A DNA stretch of 63,173 bases, filler included, from Atractiella rhizophila (lineage: Eukaryota), in the NCBI GenBank assembly GCA_021432655.1. It is 9 parts of 9 records of this genome, joined end to end, with 100 filler letters (N's around TTAATTAATTAA, not from the genome) between each part and the next. Parts side by side here need not be neighbours in the genome. Positions count along the whole stretch, not along the records: positions 1 to 8,101 come from MU272171.1; positions 8,202 to 16,297 come from MU272172.1; 7 more parts are not named here. The stretch is one strand, 5' to 3'. Shown here piece after piece: positions 1 through 12,353 of the stretch. The translations under genes were made by a program, and so were the position numbers. The stretch's first letter is position 1; the number at the start of each line of letters is the position of its first letter. The notes below the pieces were generated by a model that searched no databases, had not been told where the DNA came from, and worked only from the letters and a program-made list of their open reading frames with translations.

Positions 1-502
1 ATCTGCAGTGTCTCAGCTTACAACATTGGGAAATCCATACTTCTTTTCATTGTCCCCCATATAGACTTCAGAAAGGACCTCGTTTGTCGCCGCTCCTGCA
101 TTCTGTAATTAACAAAACGGTGGAGATTTCAGAGGACAGAAACTGACGACGAATCGACATTCTTTGGAACTCTACGCCATCACTCTTCACTTCGTCCCAA
201 ACTCGCAAACGATCCAAAATCCTCGCCATGTTAGGTGCACACTATAAATCTCACCGATCAGGCACGATTAGATATGAGACAGGTAAATCGGACCTGTATC
301 CCCACACCAACTACTCCTAAATCCTTTGCTTGCTCAACGACCTGAACATTACTAAATCCCATCTTCGCAAGTGCGAGGCCGGTGCTGAGCCCAGCCTAAA
401 CCAAAGGAAATAAATGCTGTTTTGGCAATCGAAGGGGAGACGTACCAATCCTGCGCCGATGATCAGTACGCGAAGCCCCTGCCTCAACGAGTCCGTGGCC
501 AT
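1..502 (-). CDS. FAD-dependent monooxygenase (salicylate hydroxylase-like), 5' part, runs off window start
   Basis: Manual splicing gives MATDSLRQGLRVLIIGAGL|AGLSTGLALAKMGFSNVQVVEQAKDLGVVGVGIQ..PNMARILDRL: a GxGxxG-type FAD-binding Rossmann motif (GAGLAG) followed by the GxGIQxxPN motif of class A flavoprotein monooxygenases. Confidence 0.8.
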
Positions 503-1389
503 TTTACAAAACTAAGCAATGCAAAGGACCGTGAGATATGATATTATTGGTGAGATATAAAATCACAGGGAAAGGATCGGCACCAGCTTCCGTGGCAGGG
601 AAGGAGTCACAGTCCGATAGAGTTGGATTTAAAACCACTGCAGTACTGTCCATCAAGCCTTTCGAGCGACATTTGGATTGGACAAATTCATGAAAAGCTG
701 GAGGCACAAGAAGGCAATTGTACAAAGGGGAAACTGGAATTGAGTCCTAACTCAGCTTGGGCAACATGGTTGCTCCTCTCAGTAGTAAGAGCAACACAAA
801 GCGGGTGAAAACCTTGCTATCACTATTTAACTTTGGACATTTCAACGAAAGACTGGTATATTCGTGAAAGGGGTATGAAGTAAGAACGGAACTTGTAGTG
901 AGATATCACAACACATATTACAATGACAAAAGGGAATGGGTCCGACCATACCTTGCAATAAACTCACGCAAGCAATAAGTCGTAGGGTTTAGAATTGCTG
1001 GGACTGCACAGCACCTGGGTATGGGGTCATTTATGCGTTGGAGTGTTTGCGAACGAAGCTTGGAACTAGAGGCCACCTAAAATGGTGGCCATGATATATT
1101 ATCATAGCTTAGAGACAAGGAAGACAGCTAAGTGTTCAAGTATTTCGGTCTAGACTGAACATGCTACGCAGCATCGAGACTCTCACGATATTGCAATCCA
1201 AAAGCCTTCGCAAGTTATGCTTTATTATTTGCTCAAAACCCTTGAAAGCTTCCGAGGTGTACTAATGATCAAGTAGGAGCCAACCTACTCGTTGTAAAGG
1301 AGCTCAGTTGATGCTCTCCTTTTCTGACAAGCACTCCTATTACAATAATTAGACCAGCCCAAATAAAATGGCAATGAGATGCAGCAGTT

Positions 1390-2685
1390 CTACCAGATCC
1401 CACAAACCATATGGTCGCGTGGGGCTTTGCAAAGGAATTCAAAAGCACACTCCTTCCTCCTATCGTTTAGCTTTCGTTCCAAATCCGTGCAACTTGTATA
1501 ATCCCATAGTGGGTCCGCGCGCGTAAGGTCGAGCTCCGACACACACTTAAAGAGTGTGAGGAGAGGGACATGTTCCCAGGTGTATTCCGTCCTTTTAAGA
1601 ATGGCCGCCTCGACCTCGGTAGGTGTGATGTAGCAGGCATCAGGAATGGACAGGGCGAGGGAGAGCAACGTGTGTGGCAAGTGAGAAAACAAACGAGCGG
1701 TCCATCCAATTTCGTCCAAACTAAGAAACTCCAATGTTTGGCATGCAGAAATGAGTCTGTTAAGGGCTGGTTCTGGGCAGATGAATTTTCGAAGAGAGAG
1801 ACGCTTGAGAGTTCTGATCGTATATATATCGCAGGGCAGCTGAAGGCTCGTTATCGAAAAATCACCCAGCTTCAATTCTTCTATTGAAGCTGTACAGCTT
1901 AGTAGGCTCTCGAGAGCTTCCAGCGAGTGGACATTTCGACCGAAACCACAGGAGTCATAATTAAAACTGAGAGTTCGTAAAGGAGGCAACTGAAGCTTTT
2001 CCTCTCCTTCTTGGAAGCTGAAACCTTCTCTCATTTCGATGCGAAAGCTCTTTAGAGTAAGGGTGTTGAGAAAGGCGATGCATCCGGGAAAGAAAGGGGA
2101 GGAAGTATCGTCATTTATAGAGAAATAATCGAGTGACGGTCCACGAAAAGGAAGCAGAACGTTCTCTGTCGTAAAACATGGTGCATTTGAGGATCGGAAA
2201 ATCAGAACGTTCCTGAGTGCTGGCAGTTTGCTGGGATAGTCCTCGAGACAGACTAAGTTCTTTGCAATCGCTTTTTGATCTGAAATCTGCCTCCGACGCT
2301 GGGAAAGATAGGACCTCATTATCTGCTTCCACTTAGATGGCTTTTCTCGCATCGGAAATGGGTGTTGGCACTCGATTATGAGAGATTGAATTGTTTCCTT
2401 GAGCCACGAGCACCCCTGCGTTTCAAATGCACGTTTGAAAGCCTTAACGGAAGGACAATCGACGCGGCTGGTGCTCCACGTATACAAGATTACGAGGCGA
2501 AAGAAAACTCGTCGAACCTCGTGGGTCCAATTTCGTGCACTGTAATATCGTCTTCGGTAACATAGCAGATTGAGGGAACACATAGAAACGCACATGAGCG
2601 ACCAAGAAATATCGATTTGTCGCTCGCAAGTCGAAAGAATGTGGGCAACAATCTCGGGAGGGAGATTTTGAGCCATTTCAGTCAC
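1390..2685 (-). CDS. F-box/LRR-like hypothetical protein
   Basis: 431-aa ORF with N-terminal LPPEIVAHIL (F-box-like) and degenerate LxxLxL repeats (LRTLSF, IEELKL, LKRLSL, LEFLSL). Confidence 0.6.
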   Translation of the reverse strand: MTEMAQNLPPEIVAHILSTCERQIDISWSLMCVSMCSLNLLCYRRRYYSARNWTHEVRRVFFRLVILYTWSTSRVDCPSVKAFKRAFETQGCSWLKETIQSLIIECQHPFPMREKPSKWKQIMRSYLSQRRRQISDQKAIAKNLVCLEDYPSKLPALRNVLIFRSSNAPCFTTENVLLPFRGPSLDYFSINDDTSSPFFPGCIAFLNTLTLKSFRIEMREGFSFQEGEEKLQLPPLRTLSFNYDSCGFGRNVHSLEALESLLSCTASIEELKLGDFSITSLQLPCDIYTIRTLKRLSLRKFICPEPALNRLISACQTLEFLSLDEIGWTARLFSHLPHTLLSLALSIPDACYITPTEVEAAILKRTEYTWEHVPLLTLFKCVSELDLTRADPLWDYTSCTDLERKLNDRRKECAFEFLCKAPRDHMVCGIW

Positions 2686-3459
2686 CTTTTTGCTACCATC
2701 AGACTAAATGATTCCGAAACGAAACAAAAACAGTTTGGAAGTGTTAGCAGAGTTTACTGGAAAGAAAAATAACAAGGAGTTATTAAAATATTGCTCCTAG
2801 AAGGCTCAAGCAGCTGATATAGGCTCTATTATGACTATTAGCCATAAACCGTGTGACATAGTCGAGAAACCGTTTTGATTACTATGTAAGAACGCAACCG
2901 AGTAAGAAAAGAACTCCGCAAATGGGAGGCTGAAAGATCAATTCTTGAACAGAGATGGAAAGGCACGAAGGACGAATGCAGGGCTTGAGCTTGAACCTCC
3001 ATTGCAGGTGGTTCGACTCTCTGAAGGATGCCGCTGAATGGCAGCCAAATGGAAGTGAAAGCTTACCTCCAATTCACCTGATCCCTGCAGCGCAAACCAC
3101 AAACTAGTTCACCCTTGTATCTCCTAGTCGTTCCTTGATAGAACGAGTGGAAGGATGGCCTAGGATAGGACACTCTCTGGTCTTGGTCACAGCTGAAACA
3201 TCCGAAATAGGCAGTCGATCAAGAAGAGTAAGGGTCTCGATAAGACTGAGACAGAGGAAGAAGTCCGTTGTTGGAAAAACATTGATTTGCAAGCTTTGTT
3301 ATTCGATGACAGGTCGTGATCATGATGAGTTTCGACCTCTGATTACGTTACAATGCTGGAAGAGCAAGAGCCACAGAAAGACAGTTGAAACGAAACAAAA
3401 TGAATTGCAACGGACTGATGCAAAGATGAATAACGAACTGCAATCGACGCTTGAAAACA

Positions 3460-6172
3460 TCAACGTGGGAACGACCTTGCTTCATGCCGCTGTTGCTGCT
3501 CGATGTTTCGTGGTATCGGAATTTTTTCGTGTTCGTCGTCGTCGAGTTGAGTGAACCTTTCGAAGCCAATGACGCTTTGGCTTCCTTCTTCATGCAATCT
3601 AATTCTCCCCATTTCTACTCCCTCATAATCATCATCACCCTCGTCTCCTGGAAGAAGGTCGAAATCGTATGGTCGATCTCCTACTGCTTTCCGCCGTCGT
3701 CGATCTATGAGAAAGTAGGCAGCGGTCGATCCACCAGCGACGATGAGGAGTCCAATCAGGGCAAAAACCCATGTAGGTATGCGAAATTGTCGCGAAGGTA
3801 ATATGTCTCCCTCATCCGACTCGTGAAATACCGAATCAGTGTCTCCAATGGCGATGGAATGATCTGCTGGCAGTTCGTCTGCTGGTTTGACAAGAGTTTT
3901 CGTCGGGAGGGGTACTCCCAGATCCTCCTCCTCCACAGGATTAGGCCGCTCGTCTTCCGGTGTTTCTGGCATCGGCTCCTCTGATTGGTCATCAGTAGAG
4001 GAGGAGGAATCTTGTGTCTGCGTTGGTTGTTCCACTGCTGCTTCTGTGGGATTGGCTGGCAGCTGAATATCTTCGTCCTCAGGAATCTTGTACTCCCTCG
4101 CACGAGACGGATCCACGACTTGTCCCCAAAGCATGAGTTGCCAATCTTTGAATGATCCCTTTGCCTCTTTCGCATTCTTGTGCAAGACGGTAAGTTTCCA
4201 TTTGCCAACAGGGTTCTCTCCCCTGTCAAGTCAAGCTAGCATTAATGGACGGAGATAGGAAGGGAGAGGAAGCGCACCAATGCTTCAACGTCATGAATGT
4301 CCAATCTTTAAAGCCGTCTCTGTCTTCATCCCACCTCCTCGATTTAGCCAACACACTCTTGACACCATGTGGACTTTCAAGGATGACCTCCACGTTGCCT
4401 CTTCGCTCATGTTCGATATTGACCGTCACCTGCACATGTTCCGTGGCAGATTTATCGAAATTAGCATCGAACAAGTTCTGTTCAGTGACCTCGATAACGC
4501 GCACGACGCCATTTTCTGACATCTCCGCTTCTTGCGCTTGAACTTCTGATTGATACCATCCTTGCGGTTTAACGAGCTGCCAGGTACGAGCCGCCTCGAC
4601 ATACTTGACGGCGTCAAGCTTACCGTAGCCGTATTTGTACGAGAATTGCCTTCGAGGAGTAGAAGCAGTACGGTCCCAGTCGGGATCTTTGGGATTAATG
4701 GGAACAGCGGTGACCACGCAAAGGTATTGGATGTCTCGCCACGTAAGATCTGGCCGGACCTGCAGAGCAAGGGCGAAAATACCTGAAGCTAGGAAGACGA
4801 GCTCGTTCAAGTTCCTTTAAATTGGAGAAGAAAATCATACCGAGTGGAGCGGCAGCACTAGTTCCACCATGTCCTCCCGTACATTTATTCTTATGCACAT
4901 CCGTCGTAAAGATGCTCGCTCCACCACCAGAGCTCCAAGCCACGGCCATGAGGGCAGCACAGCTCTCACTGTACTCGGGATGAGCGCCTTTGTGATCCAG
5001 CGCGCCAATAGTCACCGTCCAGATCGAGTTGGTGTATCCGTCAAAGTTGCACTGGTCTTCATATGTCCCTCCGTTCCCAGATGCAAAGACGAAAATGCTC
5101 CCCAAGCCTTGTCGACCGACTTGGACGCCAGTGAGGAAAGCTTTCTGGATCAATGGAGACGGGGCTCCAAGTGCGCGACCAGTGTCTGGCGGTCCCTTCA
5201 TAATCCCGATCAGTCACTCAATGTAAAGATATGCAGGAGAATAGGCGAACGAACCCAAGAACAGCTGTAAATTGCGTTGGTCTGAAAACCATGATTCAAA
5301 GCCATCGCCTCATCCGCGTCAGTAATATCTCCACTGAGGATCCTGATCGCCGCCAAACCCGCCTCCCAGGCCACTCCAACACCACAAACATCGTTCGGAC
5401 GCGCTGCAATCTCTCCCGCGCACCTCGTACCATGGAAGTCATCGGCAAGTCTGGCAAGCGGGGTCGGGACATGGTCGTTGTAATCCCAACTTCCGACCTT
5501 CCCAATGGCATAGCCCGCTTTGATGTCATCGTGGTATATATCCAATCCATCGTCTATGAGCGCTACCGTCACCCCCTTTCCTGTGACTGTGGGCCAAAGA
5601 GACAGCACGTTCAAGTCGTTTCCGTGTTCAGTGGGATTGAGGAGGTGCCACTGTTTGGGGAAAAGCGGATCGTTAATCTGGGAGGCGAAAGAAGGAGGAG
5701 GAGCTGGAGCACGCTTAACAAGCGAGACGTTGAACGCGTCGGAGCGGATCTCTAGGTCGACATCGTCGTCGGAAGAGTCCTCATCGATGTAATATCTTTT
5801 CGTTCGCCGCTTCGGCGTCTGAGGAATAAGCTCCATCGCACCACTCCACCCTTCGTGTCTCTTTGCGAGACGCCGACTTTCCCAGCCACGTCGTACTCGC
5901 CTCTCTTCTTCTTCCTCCTCTTCTAGCCGCTCTAGCTTCCGCCGACGGACGAGGTAATGATCAGGGAGTGCGTTAAAGGGCTCCACGAGCTCCACTGTGG
6001 TGTTTGGGAATAAATCGGACAATGTGCGATGGGGGAACGGGGAAAGGGACGAAGGGAGGTTGAGAACATAGTATTGATGTGTGGAATAGGTACGCGGTTG
6101 GGGAACGGCGGGTTGGGTGAAGGGAAGGAGGAGGGAGAAGGCGAGAAGAAGAGAGCTGGAGAGCTGGAGCAT
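3460..6172 (-). CDS. KEX2: Kexin (subtilisin-like S8B proprotein convertase), multi-exon
   Basis: Signal peptide MLQLSSSLLLAFSLLL, prodomain with KR sites, catalytic motifs IDDG, HGTRCAGEIA, ASGNGG and GGTSAAAP, P-domain (EHVQVTVNIEHERRG), S/T/E-rich stalk, transmembrane helix and an acidic tail with YDF. Confidence 0.95.
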
Positions 6173-7285
6173 GATGAATCGTGGGTAGTGGAGGTATTTT
6201 TCGTTATTAATGGGCACAAAGCCTCTTGTTCTGATCCTGAAAGGCAAACAAGTCATCAATATGTATCCCCGCTATCTCGATGCATCGGAGAAATTATGCA
6301 GAAGGAGTGCGTCTGTCAATTGCACAAATTGCGAAATTCAGAGACTCGTCAAACAGTTGCAAGCGTGAAATCGTTTCGCACAGCTTCAGCAAGAATTTAC
6401 TGTTGAAACTTGGTATCACAAGTATCATAATAGCTACCACGTTACGACAGGCGCAGAAGCAGTCAACGCAGTATGAACGAGAGGATCCTCATTTTGCTCC
6501 TTCCAGAATCAATGTAACAAGGAAAAAATGTTACAAAGTAAACTAGCTCTTGATGGCTCACCTTGATAGCCTAATACAACGGATATTGAGAAAATGTCTA
6601 TCGATAGCTTTTTCTCCAATCGAAACCTTCAAATACACTTAGAAGAGCTTCTCATGAATTACAGGCTCATTGAAAGACTCACGAAAGAAAGGAGGAGAGT
6701 CACAAAATGCCGTAACTAAGCAAGTGTTCTTCGTACTGCGAGAATCAAATGCCTTCTGCGAGAGATAAATGGATGAATATTGAATATAGGGATTCGCTAG
6801 AAATGATGAAATAGGAGGAATATCTCGAGCTCCTGATATTTGACGGTCAGCTTTCTGATCAGCTGCTCTTCGGGGTCGAGGGTCAGGTCGAAGCAGGTTG
6901 GAGTTCGTGGAGCGCTGGATTTGGATGCAGCCCTGTTTTTGGTATACGAGAATATTTTGTTTGCAGAGATGTACTGCCTGGACTGGATGTGCGCCGTTTA
7001 TAAGAAGATACAAGAAGAACGGGCAAGTCAAGTCCAGTGATGAGTCTTTGGACGCGCAAAACAATTCAATAGTGTTGAAAAGGCAACAACAATGACGGGG
7101 CGACTCACTTGAAGACGTACTATCTTACCCACAGGGATATCTTCCTCTATCCTGCCTCTTTGACTGTTACTACTGCCCTGGCTACTGCCACGTCCTGCCT
7201 CCTTGAGGTCACCAGTTTCTTCGTTGCGGTTGCAATATAATCGAATAAGGTTTCGGTGCAACGGATGCCTAGTCAAGATCTTTGC

Positions 7286-7300
7286 CCCTAACCCTAACCT
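7286..7300 (+). promoter_or_regulatory. Telobox-like (CCCTAA)2.5 motif upstream of VMA1
   Basis: CCCTAACCCTAACCT lies about 55 nt upstream of the inferred ATG at 7353. Function is inferred. Confidence 0.3.
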
Positions 7301-7352
7301 GTGCCTTTTCCACTCCTGATCCTCTTGCTCGTCAGCCCTTCATTCATCCGAA

Positions 7353-8101
7353 ATGGTATGTAATAGCTGTTATCCAACCCTCAGAATGCTGTGACTGACT
7401 CTCTTTTGCGCATAGTCTACCCTCGAAGACGCCAAGCGATCCGCGCCAAAGATTCGAGGTGCGTCTCCTCCACACATCAATACTCAGGTCCTTGCTAATG
7501 TGAACTGTACTGTGGTGATAGATGCTTCCGAAAGGCAACTGGGCTCGGTTTACTCCGTTTCCGGACCTGTAGTGGTGGCAGAGAACATGGTGGGGGCGGC
7601 CATGTACGAGTTGGTCAGAGTCGGACACGATGAGTTGGTGGGAGAGATTATCAGGATCGATAAAGATAAGGTATCGATCCAGGTCTATGAGGAAACTAGG
7701 TGCGTTCAGATTCTGCCATTCTGTGGGTGTAGTGAACGTCCTGTGCATTTTGCTACCACAAAAGATGGCACGAAGTGCGAGCCTCCATCCGTGCCTTCCT
7801 CTTGCTTCAAGCTTTTTAGAGCAGCTCCTATAGTATAGAATGAAGAAGGCTTTGATTTCTGGGACCCTGCTGGGGATCAGCTTGAAATTATTTGTTGGGT
7901 TACTCAACAGTTATTGCGCAAACGCTGCAGCATACAGCAGGGTGCTTTCAATCATATACTAATCGTTGGCTTTTGCAGCGGTATGACGATTGGTGACCCT
8001 GTATTGCGCACTGGCAAACCACTATCAGTCGAGCTGGGGCCAGGACTCATGTCCAACATCTACGACGGTATCCAACGCCCTCTTAAGTCCATTCACGACC
8101 T
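7353..8101 (+). CDS. VMA1: V-type ATPase catalytic subunit A, 5' part, truncated by scaffold end
   Basis: Spliced translation [110 protein letters not shown] matches the conserved V-ATPase A N-terminus. Confidence 0.95.
7714..7961 (+). ncRNA. Candidate intronic H/ACA-like snoRNA or structured RNA in VMA1 intron 3
   Basis: The intron (7700-7978) is 279 nt versus about 55 nt elsewhere. It holds a hairpin at 7714-7770, ANANNA boxes at 7830-7840, a second hairpin (ACCCTGCTG/CAGCAGGGT, TGATT/AATCA) and ATA at 7956-7958 next to the branch point. Confidence 0.45.
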
Positions 8102-8201
8102 NNNNNNNNNNNNNNNNNNNNNNNNNNNNNNNNNNNNNNNNNNNNTTAATTAATTAANNNNNNNNNNNNNNNNNNNNNNNNNNNNNNNNNNNNNNNNNNN
8201 N
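8102..8201. other. Artificial scaffold linker (N-run, TTAATTAATTAA, N-run); also at 16298-16397, 24483-24582, 32641-32740, 40759-40858, 48874-48973, 56986-57085 and 59861-59960
   Basis: Identical 100-nt spacer with a six-frame stop core; genes are cut off at these points. Confidence 0.97.
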
Positions 8202-8437
8202 GGGTTACCCGTATTCGGAGTGCTTGTGGTGGTGGTGGTGGTGGTTGTGCTCTCATTAGGGTTACCCGTATTCGGAGTGCTTGTGGTGGTGGTGGTCGTG
8301 GTTGTGCTCTCATTAGGGTTACCTGTATTCGGAGTGCTTGTGGTGGTGGTGGTCGTGGTTGTGCTCTCATTAGGGTTACCCGTGTTGGGAGGGCCTGTAG
8401 TGGTTGTGGTTGTGGTTGTACTATCATTCGGGTTACC
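8202..8437 (-). repeat. Misplaced duplicate of the mucin repeat block (matches about 10981-11217)
   Basis: Same repeat units in the same order, bounded by N gaps on both sides; likely an assembly artefact. Confidence 0.8.
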
Positions 8438-9188
8438 NNNNNNNNNNNNNNNNNNNNNNNNNNNNNTCTAAAAAGTGGAAAGGATTTCGGTGCAAACGGA
8501 TTCCGGTATGTGATTGTTAAGGAATTGGTCTCTAATTCTTTTGATATTTCCCAGGCTTGGAGTCGTGGTTTCTCAACACAATCACGATGTGATTGAAGCG
8601 CTATGTGGGGTTTCTGTTGTTGGTAGACCCTCAAGTGTACCTGTTAGAGTTTCACCGTATTCGTGGGTTGTGTTGTATGCTAAGCATTGGAAAGGACGCC
8701 ATCTTCTCTGCGCTTTTCACGTCCACATACCTCACGGAATATATCACACTCAAACCGACAACGCCTCTCGCGAGCTCGTGCTTTCGTAGCTTCCCGCCTC
8801 ACCCCAACTTGGGATACCTTATTACAAGAGCAATGCAGGCCTGTTCCTTTGGATTGATTTGAGGAGATGGATGCGCGAAGGTGGGAGAGATGGAGCTGCG
8901 AGATAAAATGGCTGCAAACGGCGTTTACGTGACTCCTGGCAACACTTATGGGGGGAACTATAAAAGGCTTTTTCAGATTGACGTTCTCTCTCCTGCCTGA
9001 GTATACTAAGGTGGGTTTGGATAGAATAGAGACGGCCCTTAATGAGATCTGATGAAAATTGCCAATTTCTTTTTTCTGACGGAATGATAATATTGGTAGC
9101 AAAATTCATTCCTCTGGTAACAGTTTTGGTATGTACAAAGCAAGTCGGCGTGAAAAAACGTCGCTGTCCATCAGCTGAGAAGTATGCT

Positions 9189-12100
9189 TCACAACATTGT
9201 TATGCCAAAGGCAAGAGCAATCATAACAGTAAAGATTGATGCTTTGTCTACTGTGTGAATAACAGAGGAATCAGAGTTGTCCGTTCGCGAACCATCCTGA
9301 GAAAACAGTTTCAGGTGATAATGTCAAAGGGCGACAAATAACTCACTGTGTTGTTCGTGCTTGGGGTTGATTCGACAATTGCGGCAGTCCCAATACCACT
9401 TGTGCAGTTGATGGTTGGGTCCGAGATGACAATATCGTCGATTCTCAGAGTAAAGGCACTATAATCACGGTTTAGCTTAGCTTCCTCTGGATTGCATGTA
9501 ACTGCCGTACCTGAGGGGAGAGATAGAGAACACATCGTTTCCGGCAGCAGTTGCGGTGAAATTGTAACGAACAAACGGGCCTTTTCAAGGTTAGCGCTTT
9601 CAGGACTTGAGACACATTAAGAAACCAACCATTTTCATCGCTTCCGCTGGCGACCAGGAACGTCTCGTTCAGCGACCCAAATGTGACAACCGTAGATATC
9701 GGGCTATCTGTGAGCGCGAAAGCAGAGAAGGTAATGGTACTACATCATTCTGTTAGGAAAATCAAGCAGGGATGAGCAATCACGGACTAGTTTGTTCCTG
9801 CTTCAGCTGGTGTGGCTTGAGAGAGCGTTGTGTGATTGAACAACGTTCCCCAGTTGCCATCTCCATCTGGAGCTAAAGGCCTATCGGAATCCACACCGCA
9901 CTGGGGAAAGTCGGTTCCTGTGGCGTTCGCACAAGTCCAAGGAGCAATGCTCGTGCTCGAAAGAGTGAAACCACCATCCGTCAAAAGATTCGGGTAGCAA
10001 GTGCAAACGGCGGCCGCCCTATATATATTCAAGTTCCTGAAACTGAGGGTTGCGGAGTCCAGAGGCGTTATCGCAAAATCGTCATTTCCCGAAGCGACAG
10101 CATAAAAGGTTATGTTATTGAACCCTCCTACTCCTTCTTCAGCGAAACAAAACGCCACCAGAAGAGCGACCTACCGACTGTCAAAGAATTGGGAACCGAA
10201 ATTGTTTGATGGAACGATCCAAATTGCACAAGCACGTCCACAGCTGAGATGCCAGAAACGTAGGCTTCGAATGTGATGGAATAATTGGTCCCAGCTACAG
10301 CGGCAGTTTGATAGTTCACAGTTGAAAAGTTTCCTACTGAAAGATAGTTGGAGCCAGCCTCGGTATCCTGAGCATTCAACAGCTCTGTGTCATTGATGTC
10401 AGCAAACAACTTCATCAATGTCAAGAACTACGTACGACAAGAGTCAGTGTTCGTGCAGGTAAAAGGTGCGTAAGACGTGTTCGAGGCCCCCAGACCTCCA
10501 TTGCTAATAATTTTTGGAGCGCACTCAGTTAAATTGCCTATCGGTGTCACCGTTGGAATCGGTCCAACAGATGTAGGAAATGTTGGAGTTGCTTGACTTG
10601 CACTTGAAGAGCTCGGAACTGGAATCGGGACAACCACTGACGGAGTAGTCGGTACTGCGCCATAAACATCAGAGCGGTCAACGGACTAGGCAATGCAGAT
10701 GACTATTTACCAGCTCCATTGCTTGTCGATGGACTCGTCGGTGGCGGAGCTGGGTTAGACGGGGTTATAACCGTGGGCTGGCCAGAGGCAGAAGTGGCTG
10801 TCCCCGTGCTGGCGGTTGCGGTACCGCCAGGGTTACCCGTATTCGGAGTGCTCGTGGTGGCTATCTTGGGGTTACCCGTATTCGGAGTGCTGGTGGTGGT
10901 GGTTACCCGTATTCGGCTCATTAGGGTTACCCGTATTCGGAGTGCTTGTGGTGGTGGTGGTGGTGGTTGTGCTCTCATTAGGGTTACCCGTATTCGGAGT
11001 GCTTGTGGTGGTGGTGGTGGTGGTTGTGCTCTCATTAGGGTTACCCGTATTCGGAGTGCTTGTGGTGGTGGTGGTCGTGGTTGTGCTCTCATTAGGGTTA
11101 CCTGTATTCGGAGTGCTTGTGGTGGTGGTGGTCGTGGTTGTGCTCTCATTAGGGTTACCCGTGTTGGGAGGGCCTGTAGTGGTTGTGGTTGTGGTTGTAC
11201 TATCATTCGGGTTACCCGTATTCGGAGTGCTTGTGGTGGTCGTGGTCGTGGTTGTACCATCATTCGGGTTACCCGTGTTGGGAGGGCCTGTAGTGGTTGT
11301 GGTGGTAGTAGGGGAGTCGGAGGGAGGAGACGTCGTTGTCGTCGTCGTTGTCGGGCTATCAGATGGCGGTGGGCCATTGGTGGTGGTTGTGGGCGAATCG
11401 GAAGGGGGTGGTCCATCGTTGCTAGTGGTTGTTGGCGAGTCAGATGGCGGTGGCCCATCGTTACTTGTTGTGGTGGGTGAGTCGGATGGAGGGGGACCGT
11501 CGTTCCGTGTGGTGGTCGGTGAATCAGATGGTGGAGGTCCGTCGTTTCGTGTCGTAGTCGGCGAGTCAGACGGAGGAGGTCCATCGTTCTGTGTCGTAGT
11601 CGGCGTATCAGATGGAGGGGGACCATCATTCCGAGTGGTAGTGGGGGAATCGGACGGGGGTGGCCCATCGTCCTGTCGCTTTCTGTATTGATGAGAGGGA
11701 ACGATGGACACAGAGGACAGGAGGAGGGAGCCTTCGTTACTTTAACTTTTGTTTAGAGGTTTCACGGAGGACACGGAGCAAACGTACCATAAGGGCGTCA
11801 GACGAAGTTCAGGCTGCCCCTTCGTTCGCGTGTAGATCGTGTACTCTTCAAAACCTGATTTCGTCATCACCATCAGATCTTTCTTCCAAGCGAGAGAAGA
11901 GAGCGTGCTAACCGCCGTTCCCATGAACGTCTACTTTCCCAGCCCAATCTCCAAACTGGACAAGGGTCTCTACCTTTTCCTTTCCTCCGGTAGAAGCGAA
12001 GAAAGAAAGCGCGCTGCAAAACATGCATTAGAACTTCCAAGTCAGGGTAAAGTAGAAAGCGCACTATTCTTCTCCTTCCTCAAGAGATGAAGAAAGAACG

Positions 12101-12353
12101 CGCGACAGAGTCGCGAATGAGGACACTCTGATATGCTCTCCTTTGTTCGAGAACCAAGGGAGGACGCCATTTCCTGTGCGCAGACAAAGTATCAGATCGT
12201 CTCTCCATCGCTATGGGAGAGCAGATGAGGGATGGACGTACGGCAAAGAGAAGGGTTGGAGCATTTCCATCCATCATTCAAATCACCGATCGCGAATTGA
12301 GCCTTCACCGCAACTGCAGTCACTCCAACTATCCAAGCAAGTTGGAGCCTCAT
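9189..12353 (-). CDS. Secreted, probably GPI-anchored mucin-like protein with repeated carbohydrate-binding-module-like domains
   Basis: Signal peptide MRLQLAWIVGVTAVAVKA (ATG 12353); beta-rich domain with EYALSFFAS..VETLVQFG echoed later by NYSITFEAY..VDVLVQFG; KR site before DGPPPSDSPTTT and PNTGNPNESTTT repeats; hydrophobic C-terminus ASIFTVMIALAFGITML* (stop 9189). There is one frameshift inside the repeats near 10900. Confidence 0.75.
10830..11670 (-). repeat. Coding minisatellites: 39-nt (NDGPPPSDSPTTT) and about 57-nt (PNTGNPNESTTTTTTTTST) units
   Basis: Tandem repeats are directly visible, with synonymous variation in the 39-nt array. Confidence 0.92.

Noticed and set aside
6803..6858. 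C/D box snoRNA (ATGATGA...CTGA)
   Set aside because: It is short, lacks a convincing terminal stem and has no rRNA antisense element that I could recognise.
7353..8101. VMA1 intein
   Set aside because: The known insertion site lies beyond the truncated part and no intein motifs are visible.
8102..8201. Regularly spaced TTAATTAATTAA motif about every 8 kb
   Set aside because: It is an artificial six-frame-stop linker inside N runs; the spacing reflects size-sorted scaffolds.
10830..11290. CRISPR-like or telomeric array (GGGTTACCCGTATTCGGAGTGC repeats containing TTAGGG)
   Set aside because: It is a coding repeat for PNTGNPN plus poly-Thr in a eukaryotic gene; the spacers are not unique and no cas genes are present.
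10719..11691. Long plus-strand poly-Val and poly-Gly ORFs
   Set aside because: They are antisense shadows of the stop-free T/P repeats.
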